DNA of 64,000 bases from a bacterium (GTDB taxonomy: Bacteria; Patescibacteriota; Minisyncoccia; Phycocordibacterales; UBA2100): positions 95,519 through 159,518 of the forward strand of contig JAJXVV010000001.1 of the NCBI GenBank assembly GCA_021781955.1, in the 5' to 3' direction. Made by a program: the position numbers and the translations under genes. Of this stretch, positions 39,390 to 49,222 are shown in pieces. The notes beneath the pieces were generated by a model. It ran no database searches, was not told where the DNA came from, and worked only from the letters and a program-made list of their open reading frames with translations. Within the stretch, counting starts at the first letter, position 1, and every line of letters starts with the position of its first letter.

Positions 39390-39949
39390 ACGAGATCTGT
39401 GTGCGATGCGGAGAAACGCTGCAGCGCCGTACGGGCGCGCGCGAGCCGGACGCCGACGGTCGAGACGGGAATGTGGAGCACTTCGGATATCTCTCGGTAG
39501 TCCATCCCCTCAAGGTAATACAAAATGACCGGTTCGCGGTATTTCGCGCCCAGCTTCTCCAGGTGTTTCTCGAGGGTCGCCCGCAGATCGCGTTCGAGCG
39601 CGGCGCTGTCGGCCGTTTCAGGCGCTGCCAGGTGCGGTACGAGCGTGTCGAGATCGAAAGCAAAGATCGTGCGGCTCGCCGTGCGCTTCTTGAGCGCGTT
39701 CACGAATTCGTTGTGCGCGATGCGGTAGATCCATGGTGAGAACTTGCGCGAGGGGTCGAAGCTTTGGATGTTCTCGTACGCCTTGATGAAGACGTCTTGC
39801 ACGACATCGGCCGCATCGTCGAGGTCGAAGAGGAACTTGCGCGCGTAGCGCGAAAGTTTCGCCTGGTAGCGCTCGATCAGCACGCCGAAGAGATCGCTCT
39901 CTCCTTGTTGCACGCGTACCGCGACCTGTTCATCCGTTCCTTCCGCCAT
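39386..39949 (-). CDS. ECF sigma-70 factor
   Basis: [40 protein letters not shown]. Confidence 0.93.
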   Translation of the reverse strand: MAEGTDEQVAVRVQQGESDLFGVLIERYQAKLSRYARKFLFDLDDAADVVQDVFIKAYENIQSFDPSRKFSPWIYRIAHNEFVNALKKRTASRTIFAFDLDTLVPHLAAPETADSAALERDLRATLEKHLEKLGAKYREPVILYYLEGMDYREISEVLHIPVSTVGVRLARARTALQRFSASHTDLV

Positions 39950-40349
39950 AGAGCTTCGATGTTTTATAGATCTCGGGCTTGAACGGCGCAAGGCGAACGA
40001 CCCTACAGGTGACGCCTGCGGCCGCGAGGTCGCGCTCCAGATCGTCCACGTACTCACCGTGCTGGTCGTAGCCGAGCGCGATGATGTCCGGTTTGGCCGC
40101 CATGACGTGCGACAGGTAGCCGACCTCGTCGCCCAAGACCGCTTCGTCGACCAGGGGATGTGCCGCGATGTCGGCCAGGCGCGCGGCTTCGTCGTACCGC
40201 GGGCGGAAACCGCGGTGCCGCGACGCGGCGCTGTCCCGCGCCACCGACACAATGAGGTGCGGCTCGGGGCCGATCGAGCGTGCCTGCCGGAAGAAGTCCT
40301 CGTGCCCGGGATGGATCATGTCGAACGTTCCGAAGACCATGATGCGCAT
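39930..40349 (-). CDS. Cytidylyltransferase-family FAD synthase (RibL-like)
   Basis: [31 protein letters not shown]. Confidence 0.8.
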   Translation of the reverse strand: MRIMVFGTFDMIHPGHEDFFRQARSIGPEPHLIVSVARDSAASRHRGFRPRYDEAARLADIAAHPLVDEAVLGDEVGYLSHVMAAKPDIIALGYDQHGEYVDDLERDLAAAGVTCRVVRLAPFKPEIYKTSKLYGGRNG

Positions 40350-40382
40350 AGCCTGAAGCGTACACGCATTTAGCGCCCCGCG

Positions 40383-41339
40383 CTACGATCGGGTTTCTTC
40401 GGCAAGGACTTCGCGGTTGACGCGCGAGAGCATGAACATCGCGATGAGGAGGAGCGCCGTGCCGACCCATTGGCCGACGTAGAGTCCGAGGTACGCGCCA
40501 GAGACTTGGTTGCCCGGGATAAAGTAGGCGTTGACGAAGACAGCCGCGAGCGGAAAGCCGAGTTCGGCGATGGTCGCGATCGACGCGCGGGTGAATTGAA
40601 GTCCATAGTAGTAGAGGAAGAGCGAAAAAACGCCGGAAGTGAATGCGATGATGACGATGAAGAGCACGTCGGTCTCGGTGATCGTGCTGGCGGCCGGGAA
40701 CGTGCCTTGCGCAGCGTTCAAGAGCACGAGGAACATGAGCCCGACGACGAACCGCAGCGACGTGAGCGTCTGGAACGCAGTATCGCGCAGCACATACTTG
40801 CCGAAGACGGTCGAAGCACCCCAAAGCGTGGCCGCCGCGAGCGCGAGCGCGGCGCCCATAAGGTCGGGATTGAAAGTTTCTCCCGCGTAGGTCTGCGGGA
40901 CGAGCGACGGGAAGCTCACGAGGTACGCGCCGAAGAGCGCGAGCAGGGTCCATGTCCAGAAATTCTTGTGGAGCGGCTCGCCCAAAAGCACCCATGCGAG
41001 CACGATCGCGATCAGCGGCTGCACCTTCTGGAGCAGAATGGAGACCGACGGATTGACGTAGTGGAACGATTCCGTGAACGCGACCGCGGCGAGGGCCGAG
41101 CCGCACACGCCGATGAAGAGAATGGCGAGCCACTCGCGGCCCGATATCTTTTTGAGATCGCCCCAGTTGTAGAGGAGAATGGGCACCGCGACGACGCAGG
41201 AGACAAGATGTTCACCGAGCACGATGAAGGTCGAGGCGAGTCCTTGCGTGAGGTGGACGCGGAACGGCGCGTCGGTCGCCCAGAGCGCCGCAGCGACAAA
41301 AACGAGCAGTGGCCCCCAAAGGGCGATGGTCTTTTGCAT
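40383..41339 (-). CDS. EamA/DMT family transporter
   Basis: About 10 TM, AAALWATD, ILLQKVQP, WGASTVFGK, ATIAEL.FP. Confidence 0.9.
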   Translation of the reverse strand: MQKTIALWGPLLVFVAAALWATDAPFRVHLTQGLASTFIVLGEHLVSCVVAVPILLYNWGDLKKISGREWLAILFIGVCGSALAAVAFTESFHYVNPSVSILLQKVQPLIAIVLAWVLLGEPLHKNFWTWTLLALFGAYLVSFPSLVPQTYAGETFNPDLMGAALALAAATLWGASTVFGKYVLRDTAFQTLTSLRFVVGLMFLVLLNAAQGTFPAASTITETDVLFIVIIAFTSGVFSLFLYYYGLQFTRASIATIAELGFPLAAVFVNAYFIPGNQVSGAYLGLYVGQWVGTALLLIAMFMLSRVNREVLAEETRS

Positions 41340-41349
41340 GGAGCGTATT

Positions 41350-41703
41350 CTAGCGCACGCGCGCGAAGTATGCTCGTGCCGCAGAAAGGTCCTTCGCGAT
41401 GGCTTTCTTGAGCGCCTCGTCATCGGCGAAGCGTTTCCCTTCGCGCAACCTCTTGAGGAGCGTCACCACCACGTTCCATCCATAAAGATCGGCGGAGAAG
41501 TCCAGGAGGTGCGCTTCAAGCAGGCGGCGGCGCTCATCGGCATAACAGACCGCGTCGAATTCTTCCTTGTCAACCTTCACGCGTGCGGCGTAAATACCAG
41601 AAAGTGCCGGATTCTCAAGCGGAATGTTTATCGTCGGGAACCCGAGCGCGCTCCCGCGTTTCTCGCCTTTTTGGACGATACCGGTATACGTATGTTGTTG
41701 CAT
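41350..41703 (-). CDS. Monofunctional riboflavin kinase
   Basis: G..RG..LGFPTIN, GIYAA, LEAHLLDF..DLYG, LR....F. Confidence 0.9.
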   Translation of the reverse strand: MQQHTYTGIVQKGEKRGSALGFPTINIPLENPALSGIYAARVKVDKEEFDAVCYADERRRLLEAHLLDFSADLYGWNVVVTLLKRLREGKRFADDEALKKAIAKDLSAARAYFARVR

Positions 41704-41770
41704 CCGCACCAGTATACACGCAGGCACTATTGCAAATACAGCGCGTTTCTGTAGAGTTCAGTTTGTCGCT

Positions 41771-42493
41771 ATGATCCCTCTTTTGCTCGGTTTCGCCGCC
41801 TTTTGCGCAACGATGCTCGGCGGCTCGCTCGCGCTCAAGCTGAGCGACCGGCTGCACGTCATCCTCGGCTTCAGCGCCGGTGCCGTTATCGCGGTTGCCT
41901 TTTTCGACCTCATGCCCGAGGCGCTTAATCTTGCCGGCAAAATGCACGCGCTCTCGACCGTCGTCGCCTTCACCGCGCTCGGTTTTCTCCTCTACCTTGT
42001 ACTCGATCGCGTCATTTTGCTCCACAACCACGGCGACGAAGAGCACGGGCATGCCGCCGAGACGCGCGGCAACGTACGCGCCGGCTCGCTCTCGATCCAC
42101 TCGTTCCTCGACGGGCTCGGGATCGGGCTGGCGTTCCAGGTCTCCGCAGCGGTCGGCGCCATCGTCGCTGCGGCCGTGCTCGCGCACGATTTCAGCGATG
42201 GCATCAATACGGTCAATGTGGTCGTGCGGCACGGCGGCAAGTATAAGGAAGCTTTGCGCTGGCTCGTCGTCGACGCGACCGCGCCGGTGCTCGGCGTCGT
42301 GGTGACGCTCTTTTTCGCGGTTTCGGAGGATTCGCTCGGTCTTTTGCTCGCGATGTTCGCGGGCTTCTTCCTCTACATCGGCGCCTCCGACCTCATACCC
42401 GAAAGCTACCACCAGCACCCAAAATTTCTCACGACCGCGATGACCGGGCTCGGCATGGCCGTCCTCTACCTCGCGATCCATTTCGCGGGGTAA
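41771..42493 (+). CDS. ZIP family metal (Zn) transporter
   Basis: GFSAGA, His-rich loop, HSFLDG, HDFSDG, SDLIPE. Confidence 0.9.
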   Translation: MIPLLLGFAAFCATMLGGSLALKLSDRLHVILGFSAGAVIAVAFFDLMPEALNLAGKMHALSTVVAFTALGFLLYLVLDRVILLHNHGDEEHGHAAETRGNVRAGSLSIHSFLDGLGIGLAFQVSAAVGAIVAAAVLAHDFSDGINTVNVVVRHGGKYKEALRWLVVDATAPVLGVVVTLFFAVSEDSLGLLLAMFAGFFLYIGASDLIPESYHQHPKFLTTAMTGLGMAVLYLAIHFAG

Positions 42494-42585
42494 TCCGTAT
42501 TCCCCAAAATACAAAAACAAGGGTGGCCGGACAGCCGCCCCCATGAAGCATGATCACGCCTGTTGCGTTACTCGCTGCACACGTG

Positions 42586-42657
42586 TGCGCGCTGAGGGAT
42601 TCGAACCCCCGACCTTTGCTGTGTAAAAGCACTGCTCTACCGCTGAGCTAAGCGCGC
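42586..42657 (-). tRNA. tRNA-Val(TAC)
   Basis: GCGCGCT/AGCGCGC acceptor, loop TTTACAC, GGTTCGAATCC. Confidence 0.93.
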
Positions 42658-42738
42658 TTGGCGTACCCTCACGATAGCGCACCCACCCGGGCGAGGCAAC
42701 ACAAAATCTTCCTGAAACTGACCTTTGTACTTTTTGGG

Positions 42739-42810
42739 TGCCCTCGGCAGGAATCGAACCTACATTACATCCTCCGCAAGGATGCGTCCTATCCATTGAA
42801 CGACGAGGGC
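42739..42810 (-). tRNA. tRNA-Arg(GCG)
   Basis: GCCCTCG/CGAGGGC acceptor, CATCC-TTGCGGA-GGATG anticodon arm. Confidence 0.92.
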
Positions 42811-42865
42811 TCTGGAAACCTCCAGAGGATACTACAGATTTGGCATTTCTTCGAGTGCTGCGAAC

Positions 42866-42884
42866 ACAGAGGACGGTCCTCTGT
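42866..42884. repeat. 19-bp palindrome ACAGAGGACGGTCCTCTGT, copy 1
   Basis: 9-bp perfect arms; reverse complement of copy at 52421. Confidence 0.85.
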
Positions 42885-42943
42885 AAGAATGATTGTCCAC
42901 ACGTTCGGGAGAGTTGAGTGCAAACGTGTGCGATGATGGCTGC

Positions 42944-45022
42944 ATGAAGCTGCAAGGTTTCCGACCGCTCGATCGCGGCGAACTCTCAATTCTCGCCGCA
43001 CTCGTCTTGGTCGCCGTCTTGGGCGCGACCGGCCTCTTCCTGCAAGCCGTCGGCCCGACGTCGGTCTCCCAAACCGCTACGGCGGCAAGTCCTGAAGGCT
43101 CCAATCTGTACGGCGGTTTGCCCATCACCACAGGTCTTACACCAAGCCAAAATGTTTTGAGCATTGCACAACAAACCAAGCAAGCGCAAGGTCAAGAATC
43201 AACCGAGTGCACAACCCAGCAGAACAACGCCGCCGCTGCGGGCGCGGACCAACCCGATCCTAATCATCCGCTGGTGCAGCAGATCGACCAAGGCGGGTAC
43301 ACGATCGAATCGAACAAGTGCGTCGGCGCGATGTTCGACAGCACTAACCCGGTAGTGCAAAAAGATCAGCAGGCGGGCAGCGATCCCAAAAAAGATCCGA
43401 AGGCGTATAAGTGTGTCGGCGAAAAGACCCAGGTGTGGTTGGGGTCGGCACTATCAGGAACGATCCATTCAAGCGTAAATACGGATACGTCTGCAAACAA
43501 CAAAGTGGGTACGTGCCAGGTGACCTACTGCGATGCCAGCGGAAAAAATTGCACGGCGACTGCCGCCGCGGTCTTGGGCGGGCAATCGCTCAGCCAGTGG
43601 GCTGCAAGCCCGAGCGTCGCGTCTTCGATCAACTTCGGCAGCCTGCCGCCGACCATGCAGAATAATTTGCAGGACATGGTGCAGGACCAGCAGGTGGCGA
43701 ACCAGGACGCGCAGAACGCACTCAATAATGCGGTGAAAACCTGCCCAACCTGTTCGACCGTCAGCATCAACCAGCAAATAGCCAATGCTGCAGGTTTGTC
43801 GTCATCGTGCGCGCCGAGCAGCGCCCCGGGTATGTGTGACGTGAACGCTGCGGGGGCGAATATGCAGATTCAACAACAACAACAGCAATTAAATCAAGAG
43901 ATGCAGCAATTGGAGAAAGCGGCGGTACCCCTTTCTTCCGCAGGCGGGTTCCAGGGCCCATGTCCAGCGGGGCAAACGAACAACGACGCTGGCTGTGCCC
44001 CCTCGAGTCCTGGACCAGCCGCTGGTCCTGCGAACGCTCAGAATCCTTACAATTCAGGCGGTACCTTCGGCGGCGCTGGCGCTAGCGGCGCTTTGAGCGG
44101 TCTACTGAACGGACTTGGGCGCGGTTTGGCAATGAGCATGATGATGCCGCAAGCGTCGATGATGCAGGCTGCGCCCGCGCAGATGTGTTCGACCGATCCA
44201 AACATCTACGCCCAGCAGCAGCAGCAATACCAGCAGCAAATGCAGCAGTATAACTATCAAATGCAGATGCAGCAGTATATGCAAATGCAGCAGTACAACC
44301 AGATGCAGATGAATCCGTACAACGCGCAGATGTACGGCGGATACATGTACTCGCCGCAAATGTCGTACATGCCGACCGCGTGCATGCCCTCAACCCAGTC
44401 ACAGTGCTCGATGCAGCCGCAGCAGCCCGACCCTTCGCAGTGCTCGGGCGGTTCGTGGCAGCCGACCTACTCCGGCAACTGTATCGTCAACTGGCAGTGC
44501 GGCGGGTCGACCGCCTCGCAGCTTGGCCCGCAGATATCTTGTCAGCCTCAGCTCGCCGACGTGGGGATGAATGTCGCGATTGCCTACTCCTGCGCGGCAG
44601 GCACCGCCACGAGCACTGGGTTCACCGCTTCCGGCCAGAGCGGGACCACGACCGTCATCATCGCTAAGCCGCCTGCGGGCAATAACACCGTCACCTACGG
44701 CCTCACCTGCGTGGCCGGTTCGGCAACGGCCGGTGCGCAATGCTCGATACAGATCGAGCAGCCGACGATCACGCTCGTCGCAAATCCGGCGACCATCAGC
44801 GCCGGAGGCACGTCGCAGTTGGGATGGATCACGAGCGGCATCCAGTCGTGCGTCATCTCGTCGCCCGACGACGCGACTTTCACGCAACAGAATTCGAGCA
44901 ACACGAGCGCCAATGGTACCGCGCAGACGCTCGCGGCGGCGACCACGGAATCCTATGCGCTCGATTGCACCACCTATGCGGGCGGCTCGCTCTCGGCGTC
45001 GACGACCGTGTCGGTCCAGTAG
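42944..45022 (+). CDS. Large Cys-rich exported protein with Gln/Met/Tyr low-complexity tract and C-terminal Ig-like domains
   Basis: N-terminal TM; many Cys; QQQQQYQQQMQQYNYQMQMQQY tract. Confidence 0.85.
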   Translation: MKLQGFRPLDRGELSILAALVLVAVLGATGLFLQAVGPTSVSQTATAASPEGSNLYGGLPITTGLTPSQNVLSIAQQTKQAQGQESTECTTQQNNAAAAGADQPDPNHPLVQQIDQGGYTIESNKCVGAMFDSTNPVVQKDQQAGSDPKKDPKAYKCVGEKTQVWLGSALSGTIHSSVNTDTSANNKVGTCQVTYCDASGKNCTATAAAVLGGQSLSQWAASPSVASSINFGSLPPTMQNNLQDMVQDQQVANQDAQNALNNAVKTCPTCSTVSINQQIANAAGLSSSCAPSSAPGMCDVNAAGANMQIQQQQQQLNQEMQQLEKAAVPLSSAGGFQGPCPAGQTNNDAGCAPSSPGPAAGPANAQNPYNSGGTFGGAGASGALSGLLNGLGRGLAMSMMMPQASMMQAAPAQMCSTDPNIYAQQQQQYQQQMQQYNYQMQMQQYMQMQQYNQMQMNPYNAQMYGGYMYSPQMSYMPTACMPSTQSQCSMQPQQPDPSQCSGGSWQPTYSGNCIVNWQCGGSTASQLGPQISCQPQLADVGMNVAIAYSCAAGTATSTGFTASGQSGTTTVIIAKPPAGNNTVTYGLTCVAGSATAGAQCSIQIEQPTITLVANPATISAGGTSQLGWITSGIQSCVISSPDDATFTQQNSSNTSANGTAQTLAAATTESYALDCTTYAGGSLSASTTVSVQ

Positions 45023-45028
45023 CGATGT

Positions 45029-45502
45029 CTACAAGCCGAAGAACTCTAGCACCTTGTGCGCGACGGGTTCCTTCATCGGCACTTCTTTTACTTCGCGTGC
45101 TTGCAGGTACTCGCGCACGTCATGCGGATCGACGCCCTCGAGCGGGATGATGAGGTTGGGCGCCATGAACTTCGTCGTGTCCACGAGCAGAAGCGGTCGC
45201 TCGATGCCGCGGTCCTCGACCCAGAATGAAATGATCTCCTCGTACCGGTGCATCGTGTCGCCCGTGCGGATGCCGCGATGGGAGAGCTCGAACTCGACGG
45301 GCTCCGGCTGCGTACGGGCATGGAGCGCGAGCGTCGTCGCGGCGAGCACGATCAAGATGGCGAAGAGCACATCGTGGAAAAGGATGCTGACGAGCGCGGC
45401 GCACGCGGCGATGATGCCGAGCGCCCAAAACCAATCGCCGCTGCGCTCGATCCGCTCGTGCTCATAGGCGCTCCAGCGCACTGTACTGCGTGCAGAAGGC
45501 AT
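45029..45502 (-). CDS. Conserved two-TM hypothetical protein
   Basis: W.AYEH...[12 protein letters not shown], ends EFFGL. Confidence 0.8.
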   Translation of the reverse strand: MPSARSTVRWSAYEHERIERSGDWFWALGIIAACAALVSILFHDVLFAILIVLAATTLALHARTQPEPVEFELSHRGIRTGDTMHRYEEIISFWVEDRGIERPLLLVDTTKFMAPNLIIPLEGVDPHDVREYLQAREVKEVPMKEPVAHKVLEFFGL

Positions 45503-45568
45503 GATGTATCATTGTACTCCCTCGCGTGATGCTCTCGCGCCCTGCGCGTGGTACAACTGGGGGCACGG

Positions 45569-45653
45569 GGAGGGGTGGCGGAGTGGTCTAACGCACCTGT
45601 CTTGAAAACAGGAGTGTCGCAAGGCACCGTGGGTTCGAATCCCACCCCCTCCG
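45569..45653 (+). tRNA. tRNA-Ser(TGA)
   Basis: GGAGGGG/CCCCTCC acceptor, loop CTTGAAA, long variable arm. Confidence 0.94.
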
Positions 45654-45812
45654 CATTGACGGCTCTTCATTTGCATGTCATCACAATGCCGGGGGTTTAT
45701 CAGGCATTAGCTAATCGAGAGCTCCTCACAATTGCGCTTCGTACGTGTCTCGGCAGCAGCGCTTTGCGCAAAGTTGTGTTCCCGCTGCAAGGATGCTATA
45801 GTCCCGCGACGT

Positions 45813-46247
45813 ATGGCAGTCGCAATTTCGCCGGTCAATATCGCGCAGCGCAAAGAACTCGACCTTCGGGTGGGGGATACGGTGCGTGTGTGGCAGAAGA
45901 TCGAGGAAGGGAAGGGAAAATTCCGTCTCCAGGCGTTCGAAGGCCTCGTCCTCGCGCGCAAGCATGGAGCGGAGGCAGGTGCGACCTTCACGGTCCGCCG
46001 TGTCGCCTCGGGCGTGGGGGTCGAGAAGATATTCCCGCTCTACTCGCCGATGATCGACAACATCGAGATCACCAAGCGTTCTCGCGTGCGCCGCGCCAAG
46101 CTCTACTACATCCGCGAGAAGGTTTCGCGCGAAGCGCGCCGGCAGCTCCGCCGCTCGAAGCTCGTGAACATCGAGATGAGTTCCGGCGAACCCGCTGAAA
46201 CGGAGGCCACGGTTCCCGCAGCGGAGGCTGGCGAGAAAACAGAATAG
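45813..46247 (+). CDS. rplS: 50S ribosomal protein L19
   Basis: [43 protein letters not shown]. Confidence 0.97.
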   Translation: MAVAISPVNIAQRKELDLRVGDTVRVWQKIEEGKGKFRLQAFEGLVLARKHGAEAGATFTVRRVASGVGVEKIFPLYSPMIDNIEITKRSRVRRAKLYYIREKVSREARRQLRRSKLVNIEMSSGEPAETEATVPAAEAGEKTE

Positions 46248-46266
46248 CGCATACAATGGCGCGTGC

Positions 46267-46350
46267 GCGCAGGTGGCGAAATTGGTAGACGTACTACCTT
46301 GAGGTGGTAGCGCCCGCAAGGGCATGGGAGTTCGAGTCTCCCCCTGCGCA
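46267..46350 (+). tRNA. tRNA-Leu(GAG)
   Basis: GCGCAGG/CCTGCGC acceptor, CTACC-TTGAGGT-GGTAG, long variable arm. Confidence 0.94.
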
Positions 46351-46394
46351 CTTTCAGATCAGGCTCCCGTCCCTGACACGGGTATGATACCGAT

Positions 46395-47504
46395 ATGCCG
46401 CGGCCCCGATTGCCGAAGAACGTAGAGGAACTCGTGCACTGGTACGAGCGTTTTATTTCACCTCTGTCGCTCATCGCAGGCTTCATTGCCGACAATCTTT
46501 TCCTCACGCGTCGAGTCGACCTTTGGCAAACAAATGCGCTCCTGCTGACCTATCTTGCCGTCGCGGCGATAGCGATTGCGCTGATCCATCTCGTCGAGAC
46601 CGGGCGGATAACGGAACCATCGGTGCTGCGCGCGGCTCCGCTCGTGCCGGTCGTGATGCAGTTCAGTATCGGTGGCCTCCTTTCCGGTTTCCTGTCGCTT
46701 TACAGCCGGAGCGCGGGTTTTGCGGCGAGCTGGCTTTTCGTCATCGTCGTTGCGATGCTGTTGATAGGCAACGAACGCTTCCTGCGGTTCTACACGCGAC
46801 TGCCGTTCCAAATGGGGATTTACTACTTCACACTCTTCTCGTTCCTCATTTTCTTTTTGCCGGTCGTCTTCCATGCGATAGGGCCGATGATGTTTGTGAG
46901 CGCCGGAGTAACGAGCCTGGTTACGTTCGCGGCGTTATTCGCGCTCCTCGCCGTGCTCGTACCTGAGACCGTGCGCCGCGAGCGCGCGCGTGTGTGGCCC
47001 GTCGTCGTCGGCGTGTTCTTCGTGCTCAACGCGCTGTACTTCGGCGGATTTTTCCCGACATTGCCTCTGGCGCTCAAGAACGCAGGCGTCTATCACTCGT
47101 TCGCGCTTGAGGGTGCCGACATACACCTCGGCGCCGAGCAGGGGTGGTGGTACGCGCCGATCCTGTCGCTCTTCTCGTACTCGACGACCTTCCATACCGC
47201 CGCGGGCGGGACCGCATACGTATACAGCGCGATCTTCGCGCCGACCGGCCTTACGACGACGATCGTCAACGAGTGGCAGCGCTACGACGCCGGACAGGGC
47301 GCATGGGTGACGGTCGCCGACATTCCGTACGATATCGTCGGCGGGAGCGAAGGGGGGTATCGCGGCTACACGTATGATTCCAACCTCACGCCGGGCCGCT
47401 GGCGGGTGAATATCGAGACGAGCTACGGCCAGATCATCGGCCGCGTATACTTCACGGTCGATACCTCGCCGGGCGCCTATCCACTCTTAGATGTGATGCG
47501 CTGA
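46395..47504 (+). CDS. Multi-TM protein with C-terminal DUF2914-like domain
   Basis: SAIFAP..L...I...W, GG.EGGYRGYT, GRWRVNIET..GQIIGR. Confidence 0.8.
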   Translation: MPRPRLPKNVEELVHWYERFISPLSLIAGFIADNLFLTRRVDLWQTNALLLTYLAVAAIAIALIHLVETGRITEPSVLRAAPLVPVVMQFSIGGLLSGFLSLYSRSAGFAASWLFVIVVAMLLIGNERFLRFYTRLPFQMGIYYFTLFSFLIFFLPVVFHAIGPMMFVSAGVTSLVTFAALFALLAVLVPETVRRERARVWPVVVGVFFVLNALYFGGFFPTLPLALKNAGVYHSFALEGADIHLGAEQGWWYAPILSLFSYSTTFHTAAGGTAYVYSAIFAPTGLTTTIVNEWQRYDAGQGAWVTVADIPYDIVGGSEGGYRGYTYDSNLTPGRWRVNIETSYGQIIGRVYFTVDTSPGAYPLLDVMR

Positions 47505-47544
47505 TATCGCGCGGCGGCTTTTTTTGCTATAACTACGGTTCGAT

Positions 47545-47617
47545 GGCGATCGTGGTGTAACGGTCAACACTGGAGCTTGTGGAGCTCTCAATCCGGGTTC
47601 GATTCCCGGCGATCGCC
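47545..47617 (+). tRNA. tRNA-His(GTG)
   Basis: Encoded G-1, GCGATCG/CGATCGC acceptor, C73, loop TTGTGGA; TATAAC-like -10 upstream. Confidence 0.93.
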
Positions 47618-47675
47618 CAGATTTTCCACTCTTGTAGTATCCTCGCGTGGGTCGCATTAGACGGATGCGTCGCGC

Positions 47676-48422
47676 TCATGCCGAGCCGGCGCGAATGTCC
47701 GTGTGCTTCAATGTGAACGGCTTGCCGAGAAATATCATGGAGAAAAAGTTGATCGTATAGCGGAAGCCGGCCGTGAACATGCCTTCTTCGATAAGGCGGC
47801 GGCCAGACGTGTACATGGGGAGCGCGAAGGTCCACTTCACGCGACCGACTTTCGCGAGGCGCCGCGCGGTGTCGGTGTCGTCGCCGTAGAATTCGATCGC
47901 CGTGTTGTGGCCGCCGATCTTCTCAAGCGCGCTGTGCCGCACGACGAAGTTACCGCCCTGCATGACCGCTCCGGTGCGCAGCACGTACTGCATGAGCAGG
48001 TTCATCGGCAGGTAGGTCGAGAGGAATACGCGAACGAGCGCGCGCTGCCAGAGCGGGAGGTCGTAGTAGATGAAGGGACCGGAGACAGCGACGATGCGCG
48101 GGTCGCCGTCGAGGATGCGCACGGCGGCCGTGAGCCAGCCTTCGGGAACGATGGTGTCCGCGTCGATGTTCGCGCTCAATTCGCCCGAAGAGGCGCGAAA
48201 GCCGGCTTCGCGTGCGCGGTTCGATCCTTTGCGGCGCTCCTCGACGACGCGCACGCCCGGGTAGCTGCCCGCGACATCTTTCGTGCGGTCGGTGGAATCG
48301 TTATCGGCGACGATGATCTCGCACTCGTAGCCGCTGCGCGCGATCTCGCGCAGCGCCGACTCGATGCAATTGCCGATGAGTTTCTCTTCGTTGTAGGCGG
48401 GAATGACGAAGCTGACTTTCAT
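47676..48422 (-). CDS. Glycosyltransferase family 2
   Basis: VIPAYNEE, DNDSTDRT, IDADT, YGDD.D, TSGRR. Confidence 0.92.
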   Translation of the reverse strand: MKVSFVIPAYNEEKLIGNCIESALREIARSGYECEIIVADNDSTDRTKDVAGSYPGVRVVEERRKGSNRAREAGFRASSGELSANIDADTIVPEGWLTAAVRILDGDPRIVAVSGPFIYYDLPLWQRALVRVFLSTYLPMNLLMQYVLRTGAVMQGGNFVVRHSALEKIGGHNTAIEFYGDDTDTARRLAKVGRVKWTFALPMYTSGRRLIEEGMFTAGFRYTINFFSMIFLGKPFTLKHTDIRAGSA

Positions 48423-48443
48423 AGAGGCGCCGCGTCGTCATCG

Positions 48444-49184
48444 CTACTCCGAACGCACGTCGATCTGGCGTACGACGAGCGGTTTGCGGGTGAGCATGCC
48501 CCAGAGGTAGCTGAAGCCGTAGAAGAGCTCGACGCGCACGATGCCCTCGTGCGCGAAGCGCCGGCCCGAAGAGTACATGGGGAGATCGAACGTCCATTTG
48601 ATGTCGCCGAGCGGATTGAGCCGCTTTGCGATGTCGACGTCCTCGCCGAAGAACTTGATATCGACGTTGTATCCGCCGATCATCTCCAGCGCGCCGCGCC
48701 GCACGACGTAGTTGCCTCCCTGCAAGAGCGATCCTTTGCGCAAAATGAAGCGGTTCACGAAGTATCCGATGTAGCCGATCGCGTACGACAAGCGGGTGAA
48801 CGCGCGTTGCGACCACGGAAGGTCGTAGTAGATGAAGGGGCCGCTCAGCGCGACCAGCCGGTCGTTGCGGTCGAATTCCTTGAGCACGCGAGCGATCCAG
48901 CCGCGGGGCATGAGGGTGTCGGCGTCGATGTTGGCGATGAGCTCGCCGCCGGAGGCGCGGAAACCCGCTTCGCGCGCGCGCGAGAGTCCCTTGAGCGGTT
49001 CGTCGACGACGCGCACGCCGGGGAGCGCGGAAGCGATCTCCTTGGTGCGGTCGGTCGACGCATTGTTCACGACGATGATCTCCGCCACGACGGGGGTGCG
49101 GGCGAGATCGGCACGCACCGCCTCGACGCATCGAGCGACGCGTTTCTCCTCGTTATACGCGGGGATGACCACGCTCAATTTCAT
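48444..49184 (-). CDS. Glycosyltransferase family 2, tandem paralog
   Basis: MKLSVVIPAYNEE, NNASTDRT, IDADT, FGEDVD, SSGRR. Confidence 0.92.
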   Translation of the reverse strand: MKLSVVIPAYNEEKRVARCVEAVRADLARTPVVAEIIVVNNASTDRTKEIASALPGVRVVDEPLKGLSRAREAGFRASGGELIANIDADTLMPRGWIARVLKEFDRNDRLVALSGPFIYYDLPWSQRAFTRLSYAIGYIGYFVNRFILRKGSLLQGGNYVVRRGALEMIGGYNVDIKFFGEDVDIAKRLNPLGDIKWTFDLPMYSSGRRFAHEGIVRVELFYGFSYLWGMLTRKPLVVRQIDVRSE

Positions 49185-49222
49185 TGAGCCTAGTATACCA
49201 CGCAGTGGGCTACGCGGCTTGT

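Noticed and set aside
44210-44320. CAG-rich repeats as a CRISPR array or tandem repeat locus
   Set aside because: Coding low-complexity tract; no repeat-spacer periodicity or cas genes
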